Virus record (IMG/VR): IMGVR_UViG_2874444136_000005
Coordinates: 1 to 64,000 of that record
Reading direction: 5' to 3' (one strand)
Length of the DNA: 64,000 nt
Origin: a virus
Taxonomy: Duplodnaviria; Caudoviricetes
Shown: piece by piece, positions 46,791 through 56,244 of the stretch
Numbering within the stretch: the first letter of the stretch is position 1
Layout: every line of letters starts with the position of its first letter
Position numbers and translations under genes: made by a program
Notes under the pieces: generated by a model
What the model was told of the DNA's origin: nothing
What the model saw: only the letters and a program-made list of their open reading frames with translations
The model's database searches: none

Positions 46791-48836
46791 TCAGCGGGAA
46801 TTGGTTTTCTTAAAATATTCTTCGCGTTCTGTTTCTAATAAGAACAGCGGCTTGTTATCTCGCGGTGCGGTATCCACAAACAGACTGCTAAAGTCATTCC
46901 GTTGAACTTCCAAGACCGGCCGCAGCTCGTCGTTGGCATCCTGAATAATCTTCCCAGCCCGTTTAATCATGCGTTTAGCGCGTTTCTCTTTGGCCTGCTC
47001 AACGCGAGACTGAGGAACAGGGGAATGAGAGTTGCCATTCCAAATGGCCGTGCAAACATAGGTGCCATCCATTTGGCGAATAATAACTACCTCCGGGTCG
47101 TGAATATCCATACCCACGCGCACTGACTGGCGATCGACGTCGATAAGGTCTTTGGAGAAATATTGGTTATTCCCGACACTGACCCATCCGCGCTGCGCCA
47201 CGCGCTCAACCTCTGGCATAAACATCTCGCGCAGCTCGCCTTCGGTGATGTACTCGATTTCATCACCTTCCTGCTGCAACACCTGGGCGCGATAGGCCGC
47301 CGGTGTCATGTGAGCACCGTCAACCTTTGGTAACTCACTGTGTTCATGGTGATTGTTGTAGTTATCAATTTCGTCCTGTACGGCGTCCATCAACCACTGC
47401 CACGATGGCAGGTCGCGGAACGTCCGCTGCTGCTGGGTGGTCAGCTCGTTGCCGTTGCGCAGGGCATCCGACAGGCTGATGAGATTTTTCCCCTGTATCC
47501 TGGCGGCGTTCGGGTCAACCGATCGCCCGTTATAGGTCATCGTCCGTTTGGCGATACGCTCCGGAATGACGGCGTTGAGGCGTTCGATGATGCCGCGTGC
47601 CTGCGGGTTGCCCGGTATACCAGTCATATGCTCAATACCCAGGCGCGGGAATATCCCGGTAATATCGGCGTCCAGCATTTTGTTTTTCTGCCCGCCGCCA
47701 TTATCCGAATAAACAAATAACGGCTTACCGAAATGCTTCATGCCAAAGCGGTATGCATCCGCAACACCCATCGCGTTCTCTGACAGCGATAAACTCCAGC
47801 CGACGACAAAACGTGTCCGGCCATCAATAACCATGGTCAGCTCTGGCGTGAATGGTCGCCCGTGAATCGGGTGGGCCACCTTCATATCCATGGATTTACC
47901 ATCGCTGATCCAGATGCCATTGACCGGCATCTGCGCCCAGTCGCGCTTGGAATACACTTCGTAAGCCTTTTTGGCTGAGCCGGAAACACGTCCCTGGACG
48001 CGAGAGCACAGCGGCAACTGGTTAACCCGGCGCAAAACGGCGTAGTAAGACGGTATCGCTTTACGCATGGCCGGCTCCGCGTGGTAGACCTCGTGCCATT
48101 CCCGACGGAAAGAGCGGTAAGCCTCGCGCACGCTGGGGCCGTTCCTGTTGGCGTAGTGAGGCCAGAACATGCCGTAAAACCATGATGCATCCTCGGGCTT
48201 TTTGCGCTTGTTTTGCCCTGGTGCCAGCATGGCCAGACGCTCCAGGCCGGGCTGCGTCGCCTGAAAAATGGAGACCCACTCCTGTAGGCTGCTGCGGCTA
48301 ATGCCAACCCGCGAACCCTTGCGGGCGTTGGCCAGGTCTGCCGCCGCCATCAAGTTCTCTGGCAGTGAGCCATCGCGCGAACCACCCACGATGTAATTCA
48401 CAGCAGAGAGGCGGGACAGGCCGGCATTGCGCAACCGCTCCACCTCAGACGCCAGCAGCGCACGGGCATCCGCGATGGCTTTCTGGTCATCAGTCAGGCC
48501 GCAAACCTCGCGCTCTATCAGCGCAGGGCATTGGCGCATCAGCTCCAGTTCCTGGCGCGGTTTGATACGAGAATTGAGTTTCGAGCTTGCTAGCAAAGCC
48601 GGTACTTCTGCTCGAGTTTGTATCAAATCATTGTAATGACGTTCGCGTAAGGCCAGTTGCAACTCATTGGGTAAACAATCCAATTGAAATTCGTAAGCAA
48701 CACCTTTAACCCCACTTTTTTGTCTGGAAGTCCAATTCTCTTTTTTGGCTCTCCGGAGTACGGAGCTTATAGCGGAAGGAAACCCCGGTAATCCGGCGAT
48801 CTCCTTTGCTGTAACCCAGTTGCGAAGAGAAGCCAT
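46791..48836 (-). CDS. A: MuA-like DDE transposase
   Basis: Mu-type HTH N-terminus; WISDG, YSDNG, RGIIER catalytic motifs. Confidence 0.95.
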   Translation of the reverse strand: MASLRNWVTAKEIAGLPGFPSAISSVLRRAKKENWTSRQKSGVKGVAYEFQLDCLPNELQLALRERHYNDLIQTRAEVPALLASSKLNSRIKPRQELELMRQCPALIEREVCGLTDDQKAIADARALLASEVERLRNAGLSRLSAVNYIVGGSRDGSLPENLMAAADLANARKGSRVGISRSSLQEWVSIFQATQPGLERLAMLAPGQNKRKKPEDASWFYGMFWPHYANRNGPSVREAYRSFRREWHEVYHAEPAMRKAIPSYYAVLRRVNQLPLCSRVQGRVSGSAKKAYEVYSKRDWAQMPVNGIWISDGKSMDMKVAHPIHGRPFTPELTMVIDGRTRFVVGWSLSLSENAMGVADAYRFGMKHFGKPLFVYSDNGGGQKNKMLDADITGIFPRLGIEHMTGIPGNPQARGIIERLNAVIPERIAKRTMTYNGRSVDPNAARIQGKNLISLSDALRNGNELTTQQQRTFRDLPSWQWLMDAVQDEIDNYNNHHEHSELPKVDGAHMTPAAYRAQVLQQEGDEIEYITEGELREMFMPEVERVAQRGWVSVGNNQYFSKDLIDVDRQSVRVGMDIHDPEVVIIRQMDGTYVCTAIWNGNSHSPVPQSRVEQAKEKRAKRMIKRAGKIIQDANDELRPVLEVQRNDFSSLFVDTAPRDNKPLFLLETEREEYFKKTNSR

Positions 48837-48837
48837 A

Positions 48838-49050
48838 TCAATATCTCCCTGGCCAGATTTCTTGTGGAGTCATTCCGATCGCTTCAGCGATTATTTTTTC
48901 AGCTTTTGGATAGGGCTTATCCAAGGCGTTCTTCAATGTGTATGGGGATAAGTTGTGAACGCGTCCCAAACTTGAAAGTGACAGGTTCTTTTTACGAAGC
49001 GCCGCCACTATGTCAGCCCTGTGCATGTTTGCTCTTTTTTCAATTTTCAT
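48838..49050 (-). CDS. ner: Ner-family regulator
   Basis: HRADIVAAL...PYPKAEKIIAEAIG..PQEIWPGRY. Confidence 0.92.
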   Translation of the reverse strand: MKIEKRANMHRADIVAALRKKNLSLSSLGRVHNLSPYTLKNALDKPYPKAEKIIAEAIGMTPQEIWPGRY

Positions 49051-49115
49051 TTCATGCCATCCTTAAAAGTTAACTAACTAGGTAGCACTGATAGTACCCA
49101 TCTAGCTACAGGTAA

Positions 49116-49260
49116 AAGATACTTTCATTGCGTTGTCGTTGCAAGTTGCGCGACGAAATAAAATTAATGGAAATTCTTAAATTTCAATTATCCAGTTGAT
49201 TTTTATGTGATTAATTTTTTCGTTGCATCATTAGCAATGCCACGAAAAACGCAACAAAAC
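49116..49260 (-). promoter_or_regulatory. Early promoter Pe and repressor operators
   Basis: TTGCAA-17-TATCTT on - strand (49144-49116); several TTTCGTTGC-like motifs in both orientations. Confidence 0.6.
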
Positions 49261-49270
49261 GGGGTGTTTT

Positions 49271-49672
49271 GTGATGGCGGTTAACGAGTGGTTTTCAGCG
49301 AGTGAATTGGCAGGGTTACCAGGGCTACCCGGTGACAAGAGTAGTGTTAACAGAAAAGCTAATAAGGAGGACTGGAAGAGGCGTCAGAGGAAAGGGGTCA
49401 AGGGGGTGGCGTTTGAGTTTCACATTACCTCACTCCCACCTGAGACCCAGGAAGCGTTAGGAGTTGAGGCCACCATCGATTCCGAAGGTGAAATCGACAC
49501 AGAAGCGCTATCGAAAATCATTGAAGCGATCGAGATTTTATTGAGCAGTAGGACTAAGCAGATTTCACCGGCAACAAAAGCCAAAGTCATCGCCATTCTT
49601 TATCGCGCATTTAAATCAAGCAATATCATTGACATAAAGTTAATCAGAGAAACTTTAGAGCTTGTAGCCTAA
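49271..49672 (+). CDS. c: Mu c-like repressor
   Basis: WFSASELAGLPGLP..W..R..GVKG.AFEF domain shared with the transposase N-terminus; divergent from ner. Confidence 0.85.
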   Translation: MMAVNEWFSASELAGLPGLPGDKSSVNRKANKEDWKRRQRKGVKGVAFEFHITSLPPETQEALGVEATIDSEGEIDTEALSKIIEAIEILLSSRTKQISPATKAKVIAILYRAFKSSNIIDIKLIRETLELVA

Positions 49673-49688
49673 CATCTGGAGCCACCTT

Positions 49689-50339
49689 ATGAAGGATGAC
49701 AAAATTGTACACTTGGGCAAGAGAAGAAAGTCTCTTGAGGACGAGCTTCTCGAAATTGCGAAAACTATTAGTAATGATACTCCCCCTGATGAAGTAGGTG
49801 AACTAACTGATAAATCAATCATTTATGTTAATGGTGCGGGTAATGTGGTTGGTAGCGGCAATACAGTAAATAACGTATTTAATCTTGATCGAACTATAAA
49901 AAAGCAAGTTCATGTAAAAACAGGTGACGGCGTTGTTAACGCCAATCAGAAGCATGACATAAAAAGTCTTGTTTATGAGTGGGTTGATATGCATAACTCG
50001 ATAAAAAAATCACCACTTTCTTACAACGTCGCATGGTCTCGTCTAAATAAGCACCTTAAAGTTAACAGCTATCACGAAATAAGATCTGATGATTTCTCCA
50101 AAGCTATCAAGTACCTACGTACTCAGATGGGCATTCTTAGGCGGATGGCATCTGCTCCTAAAAAAGTGTCTGACTGGAGGAAGGAAATTATTAAATCTAT
50201 TCAGGCAAGATGCACGGAAAAGGGGTGGCAAGAATGGCGAAAACTGCATATGGATAAAAAATTCAGCAAGTCATCCATGACAGAACTCACTGATGCTGAG
50301 CTGCAGCAACTTTACCAAACGGTCTGGAGTAAAAAGTAA
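49689..50339 (+). CDS. Hypothetical protein with ORF6C-like domain, downstream of the repressor
   Basis: GGAG RBS; WSRLNKHLKVNSYHEIRSDDFSKAIKYL; AT-rich. Confidence 0.6.
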   Translation: MKDDKIVHLGKRRKSLEDELLEIAKTISNDTPPDEVGELTDKSIIYVNGAGNVVGSGNTVNNVFNLDRTIKKQVHVKTGDGVVNANQKHDIKSLVYEWVDMHNSIKKSPLSYNVAWSRLNKHLKVNSYHEIRSDDFSKAIKYLRTQMGILRRMASAPKKVSDWRKEIIKSIQARCTEKGWQEWRKLHMDKKFSKSSMTELTDAELQQLYQTVWSKK

Positions 50340-50437
50340 CCTGGTTAGTGGCGTTTACAGGGCTAATTGTTACTGCTTTAATAAACGTTCTAAAGGCTTT
50401 TAAACGCCACTAAAGATCCAAACAAAGCTGGATCACA

Positions 50438-50590
50438 ATAGTCCAGTTTTTATTGCAATAATCTTCTTTTTTTACCATTTTCATTCTAAGAGTCCAGAAT
50501 CTTCAGAATCCTTCGAAATGCCCGCCGTGCAAGGTTTCCCGGCTCACCAGATGTCCCCTTAGACAGTCCAGAAACGATCACCACCCCACA
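50438..50590. repeat. Left end of the Mu-like phage; putative transposase sites
   Basis: AGTCCAG at 50440, 50491 and 50565; terminal ACA at 50590. Confidence 0.65.
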
Positions 50591-52376
50591 GCTTGGCGAT
50601 ACCAGAGGTGAGAAGCTGTTTGCGGTTGAACTCTTTGAAGTCTTCCAGCCCTTCTCCGTCCAGGTTATCCATGATGATTCCTTGGATAGCTGGTCGAAGC
50701 GGATCGGTTGGCAACATGGAGTTGAGAACGTTTGTCAGCACGGAAACCGTGGCATCACGTCTTGCCGTATAGCTTGGGCCGACATCAACGGTAACGTCAT
50801 AGCGGCCGGTAGATAGGTCATTCAGCGCAACCACTCGGCCAGTTTGGCGATCAACAACCTGCGCATTCATCAGCGCAATATCATCGGTGCCGTCTTCGTT
50901 AACCACGCGAACTTCACGCTCTGAGCCGTAAACCTCTCGAGCCATAGACAGCCATACTTCACCGGCGCGCTTCAGGCTCTTGGCCATGTTGTCCAGGTAG
51001 ATGAACGATGCCATGTCGGCGCGGTTCATCAGGTTGTTAACAGTTTCCTGAGCCACATTGCTCGGCATCTGTTGCATCGCCTGGCTGCCGCCGGTCACTT
51101 CCTGAATGTCAGCGCTGGTCTGCTGCAATAGCGCTGCCAATGCCTGGTTCATCACTGCTGGTTGCGTGTAACCTGCTGGCGTAGCTGCGGCGATGATATT
51201 ACCTGCCTTATCCTTTACCTCGCGCAGAGGAAGGAACGCTGGCCGCTTCTTGTTACGCGCTTCCCAGTGTTTTTCTAGCCCTCTGATTTGCTCCATGCCG
51301 ACGATAGGAATCTGGCCTGGGTCTTGTGCTGCAGTGTCGGCCAGCATCGAAACCTGCAGGTTGTAAAGTCGCTGTGGGTCCATCGCTTTGGCAATGTGAC
51401 CTTCAACGCGCTCAATATCGTCGATGAACCAACGCTTGCCATATACCGGGATTAACGGAATATGCTCACCAGGTATGCGGCGCGGCTTCTCAAGGAAGTT
51501 CTGGCCGTCAACCACTGACACATAGACGCGACGACGCTTCACGGAGCGGCGTGCAACCACCACGAATCCAGCCTCGGCAAGCTCATCCTCGATATCTTCG
51601 ATTTGATCGCTGTCGTAAGTAGCAATTTCCCCAGTCAGCGGCTGCTGGTAGCTGATAACATCAACCGATTCCTTGCGCACTTCGTAATACTTGGCGATGT
51701 AAACCACTTCCGGCTGAAACCAGTCATAGTTCCATAGTGAGGCCGTAGAAATATCGAGGGATGCGGGCGGAGTCTTGCCATATTCCGCCTCGTACTTTTC
51801 CGGAGAAAGCGAGTACATGCAGAACGCCCAAAGAGCATCTGACTTGTCGTATTTCTTCGCGTCAGGGTCAAACCATACTGAGCGAGATGGGTCGTATATC
51901 GGCTCAATGGCAATACGCTGGCGATCGTCCATTGGGTCGTATTCATTGACCAGCATCGATGTGAGGCGGAAGCAGCCAAAGCCACCGGTAGCTGCATCAT
52001 CAAATGCGTTATCGCAAGCCTCGCCGCCATCTGTTTCTTCGTAGTCCGCGCGAAACAGTCCATTCAGCTTGTTGGCCAGCTCTTCGCTTGCCTCGCGATC
52101 GCCAGGGCGAAACTTCACCGTGATGCGGTTGTTCCGATACTCGGCAATGATGCGGTTAAGCTCAGTGGCCACCTTGTTGATTTCGAACTTCGGGTATTTC
52201 TCAAACTGGTCGTCAAGCTTGGTTCCCGCAGCTGTTGCTCCTTCCCATTGACCGCCAGGGACACGAGCAAATCGCGTAGCTTCGATGCACTTTTCGCGCA
52301 CGTCTTGCTGCGGCGTATAGGCGCGGTCAAACCTGAGCATGACACGCTCATGTTTTTTCTCTAATGTCTCTGCCAT
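50559..52376 (-). pseudogene. Portal (Sf6-type), truncated: 595 native aa plus 10 aa read into the Mu-like end
   Basis: MAETLEKKHERVMLRFDRAY; breaks at GIAK; rejoined gene is 708 aa. Confidence 0.95.
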
Positions 52377-52378
52377 GT

Positions 52379-53839
52379 TTACCAACCGGAGGATGAGGGA
52401 ACGTAGACATCCTCTTCAACTGGAGGATTCTTTATGTCTGCATAACGAATTGCATAGCGACGCATCATGTAGGCGTAACGGACAGCATCAAGGATGTCGT
52501 CGCGTACCTTCACAATCTTTCCTTTCTCGTCGCGGTGATAGAAGTTGTACTCTTCGAAGAAATCACGGAGGCCAGAGAACACCCTGAATTTACCTCTGCG
52601 CATTAAGTCGTATAGTTCGAATAACCCGGGCTCTACAGATCTGCTTCCATCTTCCCATTGGGCATGTTCAGGAAGCATCTGGAATCCAGCCTCTTCATAA
52701 TATGACTTCTGCTGAAGTCCAGAGCCCTTCTCCGTCTGAAGCCCATCTGGAGGCCATGCTATTGGCACGTTATCAGCCCAAGACTTCACTGCGCTGAACG
52801 CTTCTGCTGGAGAAACCTGACGCGCCTTGTATGCGCGCGTGAGATAGAATGATTCGTTCTCAATATCCCATGCCAACTGGACATGCGCCTGCGGGTGATC
52901 CCAACCAAAGTCCATGCCGTTGATGACTAGCCAGTGATCTGGGATAGGGAAAGGGTCGCACTTTACAAAATCTTCGCCGAGGTCATAGATTCGCCCATGC
53001 CCAAGCATTGGGATACCCTTGGTGCGCATATCCCTTTGATGCGGCGGGTACGACTCAAGCAGGTCTTTCTTCACTTTCTCGCTTAAGTGTGGCGCATCAT
53101 CCCAGCCTACATTCATGCAGTGCTGACCAGATGACGGGCTATCCATGAAGGCTATAACCAAATCGGTTCGACCGTTCTCTGGGGTAAACGTCAGAATCCC
53201 ACGCCCGCCATTACCTTTATCCCCAGTTGCTGTACGAGTAAGCACCTGCGGATAGATCGTCGCGTCTTTTGGCTCTTCGTCGATATGGAACCAGTCAACG
53301 GCATCCCCCATCAGAGCATGCTGGCCTTGTGAGTACGACCAGAATTGAATCTTTGATAGCTGACCTGATTTGTGCCTGATGTAAGCAGAGCGAACAGCAT
53401 TAGGTGTACCCTGCATCGGCTCTGTATCGACAATCAATTCGCCGGGGATTAATCCGCCATCCCACCCATTGTCAGTGCGACGACCAAGGATAGGTGTCTG
53501 CAATAGGTCTCGGCATTTCTCACCAGAATACCCAAGACACCAGATTAACGGTGCATGTTCGAACCTGTGTCCATCCCACCCTTCAGGGTAATCACCCATT
53601 GCGTGGATAGCATCAATACCCGTGCCGGTATCCGTCTTGCCAGTACGGTTAGCAGCGATCAGTGCAACCTGGGTGAACTGAGATGTTGCGGCAATGAATT
53701 TCTTTTGCCAGGGGTAGCGAGATTTGTAGAAGCGCTTATAGCGATAGACATTCTCGCGGCGCTGTTTTTCTTCGATTAACTGGATTAGCTCAATCTTCTG
53801 GCTCTTCGTCATTCCGTTCAGCAGAGGCAGCTTGTCCAT
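52379..53839 (-). CDS. Terminase large subunit (P22 gp2-like)
   Basis: ANRTGKT; FHIDEEP; DFGWDHPQA; DDILDAVRY. Confidence 0.92.
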   Translation of the reverse strand: MDKLPLLNGMTKSQKIELIQLIEEKQRRENVYRYKRFYKSRYPWQKKFIAATSQFTQVALIAANRTGKTDTGTGIDAIHAMGDYPEGWDGHRFEHAPLIWCLGYSGEKCRDLLQTPILGRRTDNGWDGGLIPGELIVDTEPMQGTPNAVRSAYIRHKSGQLSKIQFWSYSQGQHALMGDAVDWFHIDEEPKDATIYPQVLTRTATGDKGNGGRGILTFTPENGRTDLVIAFMDSPSSGQHCMNVGWDDAPHLSEKVKKDLLESYPPHQRDMRTKGIPMLGHGRIYDLGEDFVKCDPFPIPDHWLVINGMDFGWDHPQAHVQLAWDIENESFYLTRAYKARQVSPAEAFSAVKSWADNVPIAWPPDGLQTEKGSGLQQKSYYEEAGFQMLPEHAQWEDGSRSVEPGLFELYDLMRRGKFRVFSGLRDFFEEYNFYHRDEKGKIVKVRDDILDAVRYAYMMRRYAIRYADIKNPPVEEDVYVPSSSGW

Positions 53840-54311
53840 TCATTAGCTCCCTTATTCGCTTATCAATATCATCGTCTGAACGGTCAGCCATTGTGATCGT
53901 CTGGTCATGCTGGATTCTTTCACCATATTTCTTTGGCATGATCTTCGATAGATACCATTTGCGCGTATCTATGCGCAGCCTTGAACGCTGCACATGCTCG
54001 CCATTAAGTTGGTATCCGATCGCGTTGCCTTCCTTATCGAGCTTTTCCATCCAGTCGTTACTGCCATCATCAGCAATATCGAACAGCTCTTCGGCAATAG
54101 CCTCTGCGCCTTCCTCTTTCGCTCGCACGTATTGGGCGCGAAACTCAGGGATTCGGCTAATCCATCTCAGCACTGTTTGCTTGCATGGCATCCCATCATC
54201 ACGACAGACGGAGCGAAGCGATTCGCCCTCCGCCAGTCTTAGGCAGATGCTTTCCGCTAACTCTTCTGTGTAATCTGATGGGCGACCGCCTTTGTTTATT
54301 TCATCGCCCAT
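53790..54311 (-). CDS. Terminase small subunit (Sf6-like)
   Basis: GRPSDY..ICLRLAEGESLR; RLRIDTRKW..PKKYG. Confidence 0.9.
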   Translation of the reverse strand: MGDEINKGGRPSDYTEELAESICLRLAEGESLRSVCRDDGMPCKQTVLRWISRIPEFRAQYVRAKEEGAEAIAEELFDIADDGSNDWMEKLDKEGNAIGYQLNGEHVQRSRLRIDTRKWYLSKIMPKKYGERIQHDQTITMADRSDDDIDKRIRELMNGQAASAERNDEEPED

Positions 54312-54319
54312 AAATCACC

Positions 54320-54652
54320 TTATGGTTTAGTGAATGCCTGAGCGTACTCAACCATACGGCCAGGGGTTAACTGGATAACGCTCATGTCACCCAATGGCAG
54401 GAAGCCAGCGGCGATCTTCGCGTTGCACTTAATGGTGAAGTCGGCGCGGTCAGAGCTAACCACGATGTCGTAGTCAGTTGCTGTAGTTCCGCCGGCGGCG
54501 ACAACCTGGAAATATTCGGTCTTGGTCGGAGTGGCATGAGCGCCAACCAAGCCGCCTTGAGGGAAGCGTGATGCTGAGATATGCGATTTAACCACTGGAA
54601 TCAGGTTTGCTACCGAACCGGCGGTTGCTGTCTGCATGGATGTGATTGCCAT
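54320..54652 (-). CDS. Hypothetical protein upstream of terS
   Basis: 110 aa, coupled by TAATG to the upstream ORF. Confidence 0.6.
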   Translation of the reverse strand: MAITSMQTATAGSVANLIPVVKSHISASRFPQGGLVGAHATPTKTEYFQVVAAGGTTATDYDIVVSSDRADFTIKCNAKIAAGFLPLGDMSVIQLTPGRMVEYAQAFTKP

Positions 54653-54801
54653 TACTTAGCCCCTTTCTTTGGTTTCTTCTTGCCTTTACCGGCTTTGCTC
54701 ATAGCAATGGCGATAGCCTGGTCAGGCTTCTTTCCTGACTTTATTTCGTTAGCGATATTCTCGCTGATGACCTTTTTCGACTTACCTTTCTTCAGTGGCA
54801 T
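54652..54801 (-). CDS. Small Lys-rich protein (49 aa, not in ORF track)
   Basis: [49 protein letters not shown]; AGGAG RBS. Confidence 0.7.
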   Translation of the reverse strand: MPLKKGKSKKVISENIANEIKSGKKPDQAIAIAMSKAGKGKKKPKKGAK

Positions 54802-54802
54802 C

Positions 54803-55045
54803 TCAAACTCCTGTCGGGAATAAATCCAAAGCCTCTGTGGCTTTTCTGATGGCTATCTCAGTACGAGATACAACGCCTGAATCGCTCGCCGCGTTCGAAT
54901 AGCCATCACGGAATAGCTCGTACTTCAGTCTTTCTCCGCCGACAAAGGAGATTGCTTTTCCTGCTGCGGTGGTGTCACCCATAACAAGCCGAAGAAGCTC
55001 AAGGTTCATGGCTTGCACGTCAGTCATTCCTACAATATCCGCCAT
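54803..55045 (-). CDS. DUF2560 family (P22 orf80-like)
   Basis: LELLRLVM...EALDLF pattern; GGAG RBS. Confidence 0.7.
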   Translation of the reverse strand: MADIVGMTDVQAMNLELLRLVMGDTTAAGKAISFVGGERLKYELFRDGYSNAASDSGVVSRTEIAIRKATEALDLFPTGV

Positions 55046-55110
55046 GATTGGCTCCAGTTGTTTGGTAAAAGCCATTATCGAAGCCACTCGGGAATGGCTT
55101 CTGTAATCGC

Positions 55111-55353
55111 TTAAATTGGCTGCTGAGGTTTAGAGCCGCATCCGCGGTTGATAACCTCTACCGTCTTGCCTTCAATGGTAGTGATATAGGCGTCTACGTC
55201 CGGGCCAATTTCGAAGCAAAATCTTTCATCCTCCCCAGTAACAGAGCCGATGGCATCATTACTGGTCAATGGAGAATATCTCTGGATGGTAAACCTATTG
55301 CCGAGAGCAATAACCTTAGTGCTTTCAGATGTGTGTTGTTTCAGTGCGTACAT
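55111..55353 (-). CDS. Hypothetical protein
   Basis: AAGGA RBS; AYITTIEGKTV motif. Confidence 0.55.
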   Translation of the reverse strand: MYALKQHTSESTKVIALGNRFTIQRYSPLTSNDAIGSVTGEDERFCFEIGPDVDAYITTIEGKTVEVINRGCGSKPQQPI

Positions 55354-55503
55354 AGTGATTCCTTATTAATTTATGCGTAGATTTCGCAGCATTAGCCACA
55401 CCTCTCGGAGTTGCCTCGCCACTTCCGTCTTTCCGGCTGCCAAGACGTGATCACCTCCTGCTAGGTAACACAGTCTTATTCCTCGTCGGGTGGAATTCTT
55501 CGC

Positions 55504-55791
55504 TTAATATTCTTGCTCGCTGGCGTTATTAACACTGTCTAGCAGTTGATTAACGATGTAGGCAGAGCGGCTTAGTCCACCTAGCAGAGAATGGTAATTG
55601 CCGAGCACATGACGCCCTTGCACTACCGAGCCGTCGTCGGTAATGGCGACCAGCACCAGCGTGCGCAGCGTTTCGGTATCTACCTTATCCAGAACATCGA
55701 GCAGGATGCGCCGGATTTTCTCTTTATCACGTTCGATGGCTGGGTCAGTCTCGCCGGGCTTAATCAGGTTAAGCTTGGTTACGTTGTCCAT
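55504..55791 (-). CDS. Hypothetical protein
   Basis: GAGGA RBS; follows Rz. Confidence 0.6.
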   Translation of the reverse strand: MDNVTKLNLIKPGETDPAIERDKEKIRRILLDVLDKVDTETLRTLVLVAITDDGSVVQGRHVLGNYHSLLGGLSRSAYIVNQLLDSVNNASEQEY

Positions 55792-55797
55792 GCGTCC

Positions 55798-56244
55798 TCA
55801 TTTAGCCAAGCAAACCTGATTGATGTAATCCTGCAATCCGGCGATCTGCTTGTTGGCTATTTCTATTCGCTCTCTGATGGTGAAATAATCCCGTTGAGCG
55901 GAGTCAGTAAGTCTGGGGCTGGCTGCATCATCCACGCCGGAGGGCTTGGCGGGTTGGCATGAGGCGGAGATGCGCAGCTTGCGAGCGCCAGTGGCAACAT
56001 CACGCTGCAAATCAGCAATTTTGCTTTTCGCATCTTCAAGCTCCTGCGTTCTCTGCAGATCGATATCGGCTACTGCTTTCTGTGTTTTGTTCTGCCACTC
56101 GAGCTGGCCAGATAGCTGCTGCTTTTCTTTCTGCAGTGATTCTTTGTCATGGCGTAGTGCCTGGTTGCTAATAGCGAAGTAAGCCAGGAGTCCAAGCACT
56201 AATGAGATGATTGCTGCTTGCCAGTGCTTAAGCGGCCAAGTCAT
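55798..56244 (-). CDS. Rz: i-spanin Rz
   Basis: N-terminal TM; RLTDSAQRDYFTIRERI..GLQDYI..C. Confidence 0.92.
   Translation of the reverse strand: MTWPLKHWQAAIISLVLGLLAYFAISNQALRHDKESLQKEKQQLSGQLEWQNKTQKAVADIDLQRTQELEDAKSKIADLQRDVATGARKLRISASCQPAKPSGVDDAASPRLTDSAQRDYFTIRERIEIANKQIAGLQDYINQVCLAK
55863..56033 (-). CDS. Rz1: o-spanin Rz1 (embedded, not in ORF track)
   Basis: MRKAKLLICSVMLPLALASC lipobox; PPAWMMQPAPDLLTPLNGIISPSE. Confidence 0.9.
   Translation of the reverse strand: MRKAKLLICSVMLPLALASCASPPHANPPSPPAWMMQPAPDLLTPLNGIISPSESE

Larger units (their letters stand above)
14500..50590 (-). mobile_element. Mu-like transposable prophage (36,091 bp) with siphovirus-type tail
   Basis: TGT...ACA termini align gaplessly with GGACTGT at nt 22-28 of both ends; GCTT at 14496-14499 and 50591-50594; c, ner, A, B, Mor and Mu-type head genes. 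Confidence 0.95.

Noticed and set aside
50583-50594. 6-bp target duplication CGGCTT/CAGCTT with the element ending at 50588
   Set aside because: Needs a mismatch and breaks the gapless alignment of the two termini
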